A program made the translations under genes and the position numbers. Under the pieces are notes generated by a model. It saw only the letters and a list, made by a program, of their open reading frames with translations. It was not told the DNA's origin and made no database searches. Below, piece after piece: positions 37,793-46,974 of a stretch of 64,000 bases of DNA. The number at the start of each line of letters is the position of its first letter. The first letter of the stretch is position 1. Source of the DNA: Parcubacteria group bacterium (GTDB taxonomy: Bacteria > Patescibacteriota > Minisyncoccia > Moranbacterales > UBA2206); assembly GCA_041664225.1 (NCBI GenBank), contig JBAYLE010000004.1, positions 10,640 through 74,639 of the forward strand, given 5' to 3'.

Positions 37793-38293
37793 ATGGCAAT
37801 TTCCCAGAAAATAATCAAATATTTGGAAGATAACAAATATAAATACGAGATTATCGAACATAAGACGACTTTCACGGCTTGGGACACGGCGCAAACGGAA
37901 AAAATCAAACCGCAAGAAGTAGTGAAGGCCTTGGTAATGAAAGTCGACAATGATTACGTCTTGGCGCTGATCCCAGCCAATCGTAATTTAGATAAGCAAA
38001 AATTGTTGAAAACTATCAATGCCAGTAGAAAAAGGGCGGGTATGAAAAATTTCAAAAAAATAGATTTTGCCAAAGAAGTCTGGATGAAGAAAAATTTGCA
38101 GGGTAAGGTGGGCGCGGTGCCGCCCTTCAACAAACTTTTGAAGATAGGTATTTTTATAGACAGCTTGTTGACCAAAAATAAAAAGATTTATTTAGGTTCG
38201 GGCGAATACGTTTTTTCTATCAGGGTTAATGCCAGCCAGTATTTGAAGATTGAGCAACCGATAAAAGGAGTTTTTAGTAAGAAAAAAAGCTAG
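37793..38293 (+). CDS. YbaK/ProX-family aminoacyl-tRNA deacylase (trans-editing)
   Basis: YbaK-like pattern …EHKTTFT…KALVMKVDNDYVLALIPANRNLD…. Confidence 0.65.
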   Translation: MAISQKIIKYLEDNKYKYEIIEHKTTFTAWDTAQTEKIKPQEVVKALVMKVDNDYVLALIPANRNLDKQKLLKTINASRKRAGMKNFKKIDFAKEVWMKKNLQGKVGAVPPFNKLLKIGIFIDSLLTKNKKIYLGSGEYVFSIRVNASQYLKIEQPIKGVFSKKKS

Positions 38294-38298
38294 TCAGT

Positions 38299-39009
38299 AT
38301 GGCATATAATTTTAAACTGGAAAAATTCGAAGGGCCGCTGGATCTGCTTTTGGAGCTGATTGAAAAAGAAGAACTCGAGATAACGGAATTGAGTCTGGCG
38401 CACGTGGCCAACCAATATCTGGAGTACATAAGAAACAATGAGAATATCCAGTTGGATAATTTAGCCGAGTTTCTCTCTGTAGCTTCAAAGCTGATTTTAA
38501 TAAAGTCCAGAGCCTTGCTGCCAATCTTGGAATTTACCGAGGAAGAGGAAGAAGAAATCAAGGATTTAGCCAAGCAGCTTGAAGAATACAGAAAATTCAA
38601 GGAAGCGGCCATGGTCTTGGGTAAAATAGCGCAAATCGGCAAGATTTGCTATTCGCGCGAAGGTTTTAGCGGTGTGCGGACATTTTTTTATCCGCCGGAA
38701 AATATCAACATTTTTGATTTCAAAAAATATTTTCTATCTGTGCTCAGCGAAATTCCGGTCATTGAAAAGCTGGAAGAGGAAATAGTCAGGGAAGTGATGA
38801 CGCTGGAAGAAAAAATAAACGATTTACAAAATTTTTTGCGCCAAAGGATCGAGATGTCTTTCGCGGAAATTACTTCTGGCGCGACAGACAAGATTGATGT
38901 GATTATTTCTTTTTTGGCGATGCTGGAGATGGTGAAACAACGGATAATAGATGTTGATCAACAAGAATTATTTAGAGAAATTAAGTTGAAAGTAAAAACC
39001 GTAAACTAA
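38299..39009 (+). CDS. scpA: Segregation and condensation protein A
   Basis: FEGPLDLLLELIEKEELEITELSLAHVANQY. Confidence 0.85.
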   Translation: MAYNFKLEKFEGPLDLLLELIEKEELEITELSLAHVANQYLEYIRNNENIQLDNLAEFLSVASKLILIKSRALLPILEFTEEEEEEIKDLAKQLEEYRKFKEAAMVLGKIAQIGKICYSREGFSGVRTFFYPPENINIFDFKKYFLSVLSEIPVIEKLEEEIVREVMTLEEKINDLQNFLRQRIEMSFAEITSGATDKIDVIISFLAMLEMVKQRIIDVDQQELFREIKLKVKTVN

Positions 39010-39014
39010 TATAA

Positions 39015-39557
39015 ATGGATTCGGATAAATTAAAATCAGAAATTGAGAGTATTTTGTTCATTAGCGGCGAACCGGTAAAGATTTCCCGCATTGCCAAAAT
39101 TACCGGCGCCAAGAAACCGGAAATAGAAAATGCCATTATGGTTCTGCAAGGAGAATATTCCGGCCAGGGCGGCTTGATAATATTAACCAAGGAGGATGAA
39201 ATCCAAATGGCGACCAACTCGGAGAATGCCGGCATTGTTGATCAGTTGATTAAGAGTGAAATCCAAGAGAATTTAAGCAGAGCGGCCCTAGAGGTGTTGT
39301 CAATCGTGGCTTATCGCGGTCCCATGACCAGAATGGAAGTAGAAGCGATTCGGGGTGTAAATTGCAGTTTTACTTTGCGTTCTCTTTTGATGCGCGGTTT
39401 GGTTGAGAGAATTGAAAACCCCAAGGATAATCGCGGATATTTATATAAGATTTCTTTTGAATTTCTGAAAAAATTAGGCATTGACAGCGTTGCCAAGTTG
39501 CCGGATTTTGAAACGCTTTCAAAAGATGAACGGATTGATAGTATTTTAGGAAACTAA
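39015..39557 (+). CDS. scpB: Segregation and condensation protein B
   Basis: IESILFISGEPV… and winged-helix repeats. Confidence 0.85.
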   Translation: MDSDKLKSEIESILFISGEPVKISRIAKITGAKKPEIENAIMVLQGEYSGQGGLIILTKEDEIQMATNSENAGIVDQLIKSEIQENLSRAALEVLSIVAYRGPMTRMEVEAIRGVNCSFTLRSLLMRGLVERIENPKDNRGYLYKISFEFLKKLGIDSVAKLPDFETLSKDERIDSILGN

Positions 39558-39560
39558 CTT

Positions 39561-40622
39561 ATGCTTAATATTTTGTTAACTCTAATATTCCCCTTCATTC
39601 CTATCTGGATGTATGGAAATTTTATGACAGTTGCTGACAGCCAGCAGTCGGGTTGTGACGCAAGCCGATTCCCGGTTTGCTTCTTGGAACCCAAAGTTTT
39701 GGGGGAAAAAGATGATGCCGCTGCTAATGAAAACCAAAACGATAATTCCGGATTCGGTAATTATAATATTTTTCCCATTGACAAAGCTCAGGCCTCCGGA
39801 CTTATGCCGATCCGTATAAACAATGTTTCAGATGTAAAGTTGTGGGCCGGATCATCGGTGGCTATTGATGCCGATAGCGGTACAATTCTGCACTATGAGG
39901 ATGGGCGCAAACGAACGCAAATTGCATCCCTCACCAAAGTGATGACAGCGGTTCTGGCTATGGAAAAAATAAAAAACTTAAACGAAGAAGTTACGATATC
40001 CAAAGAAGCGCTGAATGTCGCGGGAACGGTTGTTGGTTGTCCAACCAGCACTTATTGCGACGGCAAACGGCTGACTACCGGAGAAAAGGTAAAGGCGATG
40101 GATTTAATGAAAGTTATGTTGATGAATAGCGCTAATGACGCGGCGACAGCGCTTGGCATCCATATGGCAGGCTCAATTGACCAATTTGTGGACATGATGA
40201 ATGTTAAAGCGAAAAGCTTAGGCTTGACCGATACGCACTTCTGTACCCCCTCCGGTCTGGAGATCGATGGCCAAGAGGATCAGTGTTATTCTTCCGCTTA
40301 CGATATTGCCCGAATAGCGGCTTATTCTTTGCGTTACGATACGATTTGGAATGCAATGCGCATTCCAGAGGGCCAGTTTTATTCAACTGACGGCAAGTAT
40401 GTGCATGTATTGAAAAATACCGACCTGCTTTTGAACACATTGCCAAATTGCATCGGAGGAAAAACCGGCTTTACGCCCCTGGCGGGCAAATCATTGCTCT
40501 TGGGAGCAACCGACGCTACCGGCAAGCATAAAATAATATCCGTTGTTTTGAATGATGAAAAGCGCTGGGACGATATGAAATTTTTAGTAAATTGGATCGG
40601 TCAGAATTATAAATGGCAATAA
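39561..40622 (+). CDS. D-alanyl-D-alanine carboxypeptidase (S11, PBP5-like)
   Basis: SxxK (ASLTK), SxN (NSANDAA), KTG (KTGFT) motifs. Confidence 0.85.
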   Translation: MLNILLTLIFPFIPIWMYGNFMTVADSQQSGCDASRFPVCFLEPKVLGEKDDAAANENQNDNSGFGNYNIFPIDKAQASGLMPIRINNVSDVKLWAGSSVAIDADSGTILHYEDGRKRTQIASLTKVMTAVLAMEKIKNLNEEVTISKEALNVAGTVVGCPTSTYCDGKRLTTGEKVKAMDLMKVMLMNSANDAATALGIHMAGSIDQFVDMMNVKAKSLGLTDTHFCTPSGLEIDGQEDQCYSSAYDIARIAAYSLRYDTIWNAMRIPEGQFYSTDGKYVHVLKNTDLLLNTLPNCIGGKTGFTPLAGKSLLLGATDATGKHKIISVVLNDEKRWDDMKFLVNWIGQNYKWQ

Positions 40623-40623
40623 T

Positions 40624-41724
40624 ATGCAATTAGCTCAAATACAAACCATTCCTCTCGTTATCTGTGTGCTAAAAATTCTAACAGTTGGTTTGTCGGCCTT
40701 TGTTTTAGCTTTTGCTATCACGCCGATTATGACTCATTTTCTGTACAAATATAAAATTGGCGTCAAAATAAAAGACAAGTCTGTTGATGGCAAAGAGCTG
40801 ACTTTTGTGAATAAGCTTCACGAATACAAAAATGGAACGCCAACGATGGGCGGGATTTTGATTTGGGTCTCTGTCGGAATTTTAATTTTGCTTTCACACT
40901 ATGTTTTTCCGTATCTGGCGGCATGGACGCATCATAATTTTTTCGCCAGGCTGGACTTTTTCAGCCGCAAAGAGACTTGGCTTCCGCTTTTTACGTTGGT
41001 TACCGCGGGAATATTGGGACTCTGTGATGACTGGATGAGCATAAAAGGCATTGGAAAAAATAAAGGCGGAGGCATGCGGTTTGCCAAGCGTTTTGGGTGG
41101 CTGATCTTAATCGCGGCGGCTGGTGCTTGGTGGTTTTATTACAAGTTGGGCTGGGATGTCATCCATGTTCCGGCTGTTGGAAACTTTAGCATCGGCTGGT
41201 GGTATATTCCGCTTTTTATCTTTGTTATTCTTTTTTCAGCTATTTCCTCAAATGAAACTGATGGTCTGGACGGATTGAATGGCGGAGTGCTGCTGATCGC
41301 TTTCAGTTCGTTTGCGATTATTTCTTTTGCTCATAATAAATTGGATTTGGCTGCATTTTGCGCGGCGATTGCCGGCGCGCTACTGGCCTTTTTATGGTTT
41401 AATGTTTATCCGGCCCGATTTATTATGGGTGATACCGGCGCGGTGTCCTTGGGAATAACACTGGGGGTAGTAGCGATGCTCAATAATGCTGCGATTGTCT
41501 TGTTCATCATTGTTTTTATTTATGTTTTAGAATCTTTGAGTGTTGCGATCCAACTGACGAGCAAAAAATTCTTCAAACGCAAAGTTTTTCTGGCAGCGCC
41601 AATCCATCATCATTTTGAGGCCAAGGGCTGGCCGGAAACCAAGGTGACGATGCGCTTTTGGATCATTACTGCCCTCACTGCTTTTTTTGGTGTGGTAATC
41701 GCGTTGTTTGGGATGGGGAAATAG
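40624..41724 (+). CDS. mraY: Phospho-N-acetylmuramoyl-pentapeptide transferase
   Basis: NGTPTMGGILI, DDWMS, 10-TM topology. Confidence 0.9.
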   Translation: MQLAQIQTIPLVICVLKILTVGLSAFVLAFAITPIMTHFLYKYKIGVKIKDKSVDGKELTFVNKLHEYKNGTPTMGGILIWVSVGILILLSHYVFPYLAAWTHHNFFARLDFFSRKETWLPLFTLVTAGILGLCDDWMSIKGIGKNKGGGMRFAKRFGWLILIAAAGAWWFYYKLGWDVIHVPAVGNFSIGWWYIPLFIFVILFSAISSNETDGLDGLNGGVLLIAFSSFAIISFAHNKLDLAAFCAAIAGALLAFLWFNVYPARFIMGDTGAVSLGITLGVVAMLNNAAIVLFIIVFIYVLESLSVAIQLTSKKFFKRKVFLAAPIHHHFEAKGWPETKVTMRFWIITALTAFFGVVIALFGMGK

Positions 41725-41785
41725 TTTAAAATTTCTAATTTCTAAACAAATCCCAATTTCTTAATGACTAATTTCCAAAATAATT

Positions 41786-42820
41786 ATGCGTAAAATTCAA
41801 GACGCCGATGTGAAAAATAAAAAAGTTTTAGTGCGGGCTGATTTTAATGTGACGGTGGAAAATGGAAAATCTAAAGAAACCTTCAAAATTGCGGCATGCA
41901 AAGAGTCAATCAAATATTTGTTGGGAAAAGGCGCGAAAGTGGCTTTAATTTCGCACTTGGGCCGTCCCGACGGAAAAATTAATCCGGAATTTTCGCTCGG
42001 GCAAATTAAAAATGAAATCGAAGCAATCCTGGAGGTTAAAATTAAATTTATAGATGATTGCGTCGGAGAAAAAGTGGGAGTCGGTCTCGATAGCCTGCTG
42101 GGGGGTGAAGCAGCGCTTTTAGAAAACGTCAGATTTTATCCTGGCGAAGAAGCCAATGACAATCAATTTTCGAAAAGCCTGGCTTATAATTTTGATATTT
42201 TCATAAACGATGCTTTTAGCGTAAGCCATCGCGATCAGGCTTCAGTCACGGGCGTGACCAAATTTTTACCGAGCTATGCCGGTTTTTGGCTACAAAAAGA
42301 AATTGAAAATTTGGACAAGGCGAAAAATAATCCGGAACATCCAGCAGTGGCGATTATTGGCGGGGCCAAGATTGAAACGAAGCTGCCTGTAATCGGTAAG
42401 CTTGAAGAAAATTATGACTTTGTCCTAGTTGGCGGAAAAATTGCCAATGAAGCCAAGGATCAAGATATGAGCTTTTCAGAAAAAGTAATTCTGCCGATTG
42501 ATTATGCTGGGGACCGGCTGGATATTGGTCCGGAAACTATCAAAAAATTCAAGGAAATAATCGCTTTCGCCAAAACAATTGTCTGGAATGGCCCACTGGG
42601 GAAATTTGAAGAAAAGCCATATGACACCGGAACCAATGAGGTTCTCAAAGCTGTTATGGAAAGCGGGGCTTTTGTGCTGATGGGCGGGGGAGAATCAGTG
42701 GAAATTCTGGAAGAACAAGACGCAATGGAAAAAATTTCCTTTGTTTCAACTGGCGGAGGTGCCATGCTTGAATACATGAGCGGAAAAGAATTGCCGGGGA
42801 TTAAGGCTTTGGAAGCGTAA
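41786..42820 (+). CDS. pgk: Phosphoglycerate kinase (short form)
   Basis: VLVRADFNV N-terminal and FSVSHRDQAS motifs. Confidence 0.85.
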   Translation: MRKIQDADVKNKKVLVRADFNVTVENGKSKETFKIAACKESIKYLLGKGAKVALISHLGRPDGKINPEFSLGQIKNEIEAILEVKIKFIDDCVGEKVGVGLDSLLGGEAALLENVRFYPGEEANDNQFSKSLAYNFDIFINDAFSVSHRDQASVTGVTKFLPSYAGFWLQKEIENLDKAKNNPEHPAVAIIGGAKIETKLPVIGKLEENYDFVLVGGKIANEAKDQDMSFSEKVILPIDYAGDRLDIGPETIKKFKEIIAFAKTIVWNGPLGKFEEKPYDTGTNEVLKAVMESGAFVLMGGGESVEILEEQDAMEKISFVSTGGGAMLEYMSGKELPGIKALEA

Positions 42821-42952
42821 TATATTTTGTGAATAATGGTAAAAATGGGGATAGTCCCCCTGTTTTTTGTTTCAAACAAGCTATGATATAATATAATCAT
42901 AAAACACGAAGCCTGCCGACAGGCAGGCATATAACATGTAACAAATTTTATT

Positions 42953-44209
42953 ATGTCGAAGATCAAAAAGATTTATGCCAGGGAAATTTTGGATTCAAGG
43001 GGAAATCCGACGGTGGAAGTTGAGGTCGAGTTGGAGTCAGGAATAAAAGCGACAGCGGCGGTGCCAAGTGGAGCGTCAACCGGAACCTATGAAGATTTGG
43101 AATTGCGGGATAATGACTCCAAAAGATATGGTGGATTGGGAGTTTTGACGGCGGTGAATAATGTGAACACAATACTTCGGGAGGCCGTGGTTGGGATGGA
43201 GGCCAGTGAACAAGAAAAAATTGATCGAAAAATGATTGAAGTTGATGGCACGAACAATGAATCAAATCTAGGAGCCAATGCTATCCTGGGTATTTCTTTA
43301 GCCGTTTGTCGGGCTGCGTCAATGGAAGCAGGACTGCCGCTTTATGAATATATAAACAAGACCTTCAATCTAAAGAATAAGAAATTCAAAATTCCGGTGC
43401 CGATGTTTAATGTTTTGAATGGCGGTATGCACAGTGATTCAGGCTTGAGCATTCAGGAATTTAAAATTATTCCCAAAGGCATAAAAACATTTAAGGAACA
43501 ATTGCGGGCAGGAAGCGAAACTTTTCATGCGCTCAAAAAAATACTATCTTCACAAAAACAGACTGTGGGTGTTGGAGATGAGGGCGGCTTTGCGCCACAC
43601 CTAGAAAGCAACGTAAGTGCTTTGGAAATAATAAGCAAGGCAATTGAGGCTGCTGGATACAAAAGAGGAAAAGATATTTTTATAGGTGTAGATGCAGCCG
43701 CCAACTCATTTTTTGATGAAAAAGAATCAAAGTATATATTTAAACCGGAGAATGCGATGTTAAGCAGGGAAATGCTTATCAATATCTATGCGGAATGGGT
43801 TCAAAAGTATGATGTAATTTCCGTGGAAGATGGGCTCAATGAAAATGATTGGGAAGGCTGGCACATGCTGGAAGAAAAATTAGGTGGAGAAACGATAATT
43901 ATTGGGGATGATTTGCTAGTCACAAAAGTTGAGCGACTAAAAGAAGCGCTTAAGGAAAAAGCTTGCAATGCTGTCTTGATAAAAGTCAATCAAGCGGGAA
44001 CACTTTGGGAAACTATTGAAACAATAAAATTAGCTCAGAAAAACAAGATGAAAGTGGTCGTTTCGCACCGCTCTGGGGAAACCGCGGATGATTTCATTGC
44101 CGACTTGGCCGTCGGCGCCAATGCCGATTTCATCAAATCCGGCTCGCTTTCTAGAGGGGAAAGAATTTGTAAATATAATCGATTGTTGAGAATTGAGGAA
44201 GAAATATAG
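42953..44209 (+). CDS. eno: Enolase
   Basis: IYAREILDSRGNPTVEVEV, SHRSGETAD. Confidence 0.95.
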   Translation: MSKIKKIYAREILDSRGNPTVEVEVELESGIKATAAVPSGASTGTYEDLELRDNDSKRYGGLGVLTAVNNVNTILREAVVGMEASEQEKIDRKMIEVDGTNNESNLGANAILGISLAVCRAASMEAGLPLYEYINKTFNLKNKKFKIPVPMFNVLNGGMHSDSGLSIQEFKIIPKGIKTFKEQLRAGSETFHALKKILSSQKQTVGVGDEGGFAPHLESNVSALEIISKAIEAAGYKRGKDIFIGVDAAANSFFDEKESKYIFKPENAMLSREMLINIYAEWVQKYDVISVEDGLNENDWEGWHMLEEKLGGETIIIGDDLLVTKVERLKEALKEKACNAVLIKVNQAGTLWETIETIKLAQKNKMKVVVSHRSGETADDFIADLAVGANADFIKSGSLSRGERICKYNRLLRIEEEI

Positions 44210-44213
44210 AGGC

Positions 44214-44335
44214 AATTTCTAATTTTCAATTTCTAATTTCTGAACAATTTCCAATGAATTAATTTCTAAATTTTGGAATTAAAAAATTGGTTTGAAAATT
44301 TAAAATTGAAAATTGAAAATTTGGAGAATAATATA
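44214..44335. repeat. AT-rich AATTTC/GAAAATT microrepeat block forming a ~110-bp imperfect palindrome
   Basis: caatttctaattttcaatttctaatttc … gaaaatttaaaattgaaaattgaaaattt; related half-copies at 28650-28675 and 41725-41775. Confidence 0.7.
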
Positions 44336-44360
44336 ATTTCAGAAAATTTTTTATCATAGC

Positions 44361-45917
44361 ATGACTAATAAAAAATCACCTACGCTATTGGTAATCCTCG
44401 ATGGCTATGGCATTGCGCCTCCTGGGAAAGGCAATGCGGTAACGCTTGCCAAAAAGCCGACACTGGACCGGCTGTTTGAGATTTATCCATCGACGACTTT
44501 AGGCGCGACCGGAACTTCAGTGGGGCTCCCTGACCACAAAATGAGCGGATCGGAATCCGGGCACATGAATATTGGCGCCGGCCGAATTGTGCCACAGGAT
44601 TCTAAATATATAACAGACAGCATCAAGGACGGCAGTTTTTTTATGAATCCGGCGCTTATGGGCGCGGTGGAGCACTTGAAAAAAGGTGGTGGAGTATTGC
44701 ATGTTATGGGTCTCATGGGAAATTCTGATAGTCCGCATAGTGATCCGGAGCATTTTCGCGCGGTTCTAAAACTAGCCAAAATAAATAATGTCAAAGAAGT
44801 TTATTGCCATCTGTTTACTGACGGCCGTGACTCATATCCCAAGAGCGCGCTAGAACATCTCAAATATTTCCGTAAAATTATAGCTGAAGAGGGGATTGGA
44901 AAAATTGCGACGCTTTCCGGCCGCTTTTACGCCATGGATCGCGCTAAAAACTGGAAAAGGCTGACGCTAGCCTATGATGCGATGGTGTTCGGACGAGGCG
45001 AAAAGGCGAATTCAGCTGAAGAGGCGATTGAAAAAGCCTACAAAAATAACCTGACTGATGAATATCTTTTGCCAACAGTCATTCTGGAGCAAGGCGAGCC
45101 AGTTTCAGAAATTAAAAATGATGATGCGATCATATTTTATAATTTCCGCTCTGACCGAGCTCGCCAATTTAGCAAGCTATTCATCGCGATTGATGAAAAA
45201 AGCATCCTGAGCGATGATATGCCGGTTATTGATAAGATAAAAAATTTATATTTCGTGACGTTAACTGAATTTGGCCCGGGACTGGATGAGCACACGGCTT
45301 TTCCGGGGCATACCCTGAGCGCGACTCTTCCAATGGCGGCTGGAAAATTAAAACAGCTATATATTGCTGAGTCGGAAAAATTCGCACATGTGACATATTT
45401 TTTGAACGGTGGTTATGCGGATCCGGTGGACGGAGAGGAAAGAGTAATGATTAAATCTCCAGTTGTCGATTCTTATGCCAAGAAGCCGGGAATGTCTGCT
45501 GATTTGATCACAAAATATGTGGTTGATAAAATAAAAAGCAATGCTTATGACTTTGTGGCCATCAATTATGCCAATGCGGACATGGTCGGGCATACGGGTG
45601 ATCTCACGGCGGCCATCAAATCCGTAGAATGTCTGGATAAGCAAGTTGAAATTTTGGAAAAAATTGTTTTGGAGAAAGGCGGAAATTTGATTATCACGGC
45701 CGATCATGGCAATGCCGATGATATGGTTGACTTTGAGTCCGATCAGCCCAACACGTATCATACTAAAAATCCGGTGCCGTTTCTTTTGGTTAGCGAAAAA
45801 TATAAAAATGCCAAATTGCGCGATGGCGGAGTTTTGGGGAACATCGCGCCCACTATTCTGGATATTTTGGAAATAGAAAAACCAAAAGCGATGAAAAAGA
45901 ATTCCTTGTTAAATTAA
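44361..45917 (+). CDS. gpmI: 2,3-bisphosphoglycerate-independent phosphoglycerate mutase
   Basis: LLVILDGYGIAP N-terminus, overall iPGM length/motifs. Confidence 0.9.
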   Translation: MTNKKSPTLLVILDGYGIAPPGKGNAVTLAKKPTLDRLFEIYPSTTLGATGTSVGLPDHKMSGSESGHMNIGAGRIVPQDSKYITDSIKDGSFFMNPALMGAVEHLKKGGGVLHVMGLMGNSDSPHSDPEHFRAVLKLAKINNVKEVYCHLFTDGRDSYPKSALEHLKYFRKIIAEEGIGKIATLSGRFYAMDRAKNWKRLTLAYDAMVFGRGEKANSAEEAIEKAYKNNLTDEYLLPTVILEQGEPVSEIKNDDAIIFYNFRSDRARQFSKLFIAIDEKSILSDDMPVIDKIKNLYFVTLTEFGPGLDEHTAFPGHTLSATLPMAAGKLKQLYIAESEKFAHVTYFLNGGYADPVDGEERVMIKSPVVDSYAKKPGMSADLITKYVVDKIKSNAYDFVAINYANADMVGHTGDLTAAIKSVECLDKQVEILEKIVLEKGGNLIITADHGNADDMVDFESDQPNTYHTKNPVPFLLVSEKYKNAKLRDGGVLGNIAPTILDILEIEKPKAMKKNSLLN

Positions 45918-45987
45918 CGCGCTTTTTGTAATTTTGTAAAAAATTAAATATTTATAGAATAATAATTTAATTAAAAAACTCAAATTT

Positions 45988-46959
45988 ATGGAAAATATTA
46001 AAGTGGTTTGTATTGGGTCATCTTGCAAAGATATTTTTTTCCCAACTAAAGAAGGAATAGTCATAAAAACACCTGAAGATGTGACCTCACAGAAAAAAAT
46101 TGCGTTTGAAGTAGGAGAAAAATATCATATCAATGACCGCTTCGAATCATTGGGAGGCTGCGGAGTCAATCAGTCGATTGGTCTTACGCGTTTGGGTGTG
46201 CCGGCGGCATGCTATACGGTTTTAGGAAACGATGTGATTGGCGAATGGATGCGCCAGGAAATTCAAAAGGAAGGTGTTGATGACAGCTTGATTGTGAATG
46301 AAAATTGTTTCACCGGGCTGTCTGCTATTATTGTGAATGAAATAAGCGGAGAAAGGGTGATTTTTTCAAATCAGGAAGCTATGGAACGGATGAAAATAGA
46401 TGTGGCAAAATTGGAATCAGCTGACTGGATTTCAGTGAGCGATTTGAGTGGTGATTGGAAAGCTATAATGGACAATATCTTAACAATGGATTTCAAGACT
46501 GGCGCTCGAATCGTTTTTAATCCACGCGGTCGGAATATTCAAGAGGATGCCCAGAAAGTTTTTGATTTAGCGAAAGAAGTGGAGATATTTTTCGTAAACA
46601 AAGATGAAGCAATTGAAATTCTGGCAGCGCGAAAAGCGGATCAGGGAAAATTGAATGACGAAGAATTTTTGCTGAAAGAATTGAAAAAATCTGGCGCAAG
46701 GGTTGTGGTGATTACGGATGGCGGAAGAGGTGCGTGGGCGTGTGACGGAAATGAAATTGTGCACGAAGAAGCATTGCTCATCAAAACAATGGACACGACT
46801 GGTGCTGGCGATGCTTTTGCCAGCGGATTTTTGGCGGCACATATCAAGGGCAAATTTTTGCGAGAATGCGTGAAATGGGGCATCAAAAATGGTGCTAGCG
46901 TGGCTCAGCATTATGGGGGCGTAGAAGGATTACTGAAAGCAGACGAGATTGAAAAATAA
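45988..46959 (+). CDS. PfkB-family carbohydrate/nucleoside kinase
   Basis: DTTGAGDAFASGFL signature. Confidence 0.85.
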   Translation: MENIKVVCIGSSCKDIFFPTKEGIVIKTPEDVTSQKKIAFEVGEKYHINDRFESLGGCGVNQSIGLTRLGVPAACYTVLGNDVIGEWMRQEIQKEGVDDSLIVNENCFTGLSAIIVNEISGERVIFSNQEAMERMKIDVAKLESADWISVSDLSGDWKAIMDNILTMDFKTGARIVFNPRGRNIQEDAQKVFDLAKEVEIFFVNKDEAIEILAARKADQGKLNDEEFLLKELKKSGARVVVITDGGRGAWACDGNEIVHEEALLIKTMDTTGAGDAFASGFLAAHIKGKFLRECVKWGIKNGASVAQHYGGVEGLLKADEIEK

Positions 46960-46974
46960 TATTAATTTTATTTT

